This document shows positions 34,502 to 34,524 of a stretch of 34,524 bases of DNA, piece by piece. A program made the position numbers and the translations under genes. Source of the DNA: a virus. Taxonomy: Duplodnaviria > Caudoviricetes. Location: positions 1-34,524 of the IMG/VR virus record IMGVR_UViG_3300031232_000019. One strand, written 5' to 3'. The first letter of the stretch is position 1. Every line of letters begins with the position of its first letter. Below the pieces are notes generated by a model. That model was not told the origin of the DNA. It did no database searches and saw only the letters and a list, made by a program, of their open reading frames with translations.

Positions 34502-34524
34502 GGCCGGCCTCCGTGAAAGAGGAA

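Overview
This 34.5-kb GC-rich window looks like part of a tailed dsDNA phage or prophage genome with a short-tailed (podovirus-type) virion module. Nearly all real genes lie on the minus strand, read right to left. First come small regulatory and Cys-rich genes (31.4-34.5 kb), then a terS-like gene, three small ORFs, terL, two accessory genes, portal, scaffold, a CAU-anticodon tRNA and the major capsid protein. These are followed by a fibre with chaperone-like genes, membrane/lysis genes, a tail adaptor, a second fibre with a lambda-J-like C-terminus, a tail nozzle, a collar-type protein, a cupin and three probable ejection proteins, the last being a 2008-aa polyvalent-type protein. An inverted plus-strand cassette of seven small early-type genes (28.8-31.1 kb) is separated from terS by a dense GGWCC repeat/palindrome array. 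A partial excisionase-like HTH gene sits at the left edge. No integrase, polymerase or endolysin is recognisable in the window. All functional calls come from motif recognition by eye and from gene order; no database search was run. The most unusual signals are: the GGWCC array; an initiator-like but non-canonical tRNA plus a structured leader between scaffold and capsid; a lipoprotein-plus-3-TM candidate one-piece spanin with no adjacent endolysin; paired TGTTAACA palindromes inside the ParB-domain ejection gene; and a strong local G/C skew around the packaging region.
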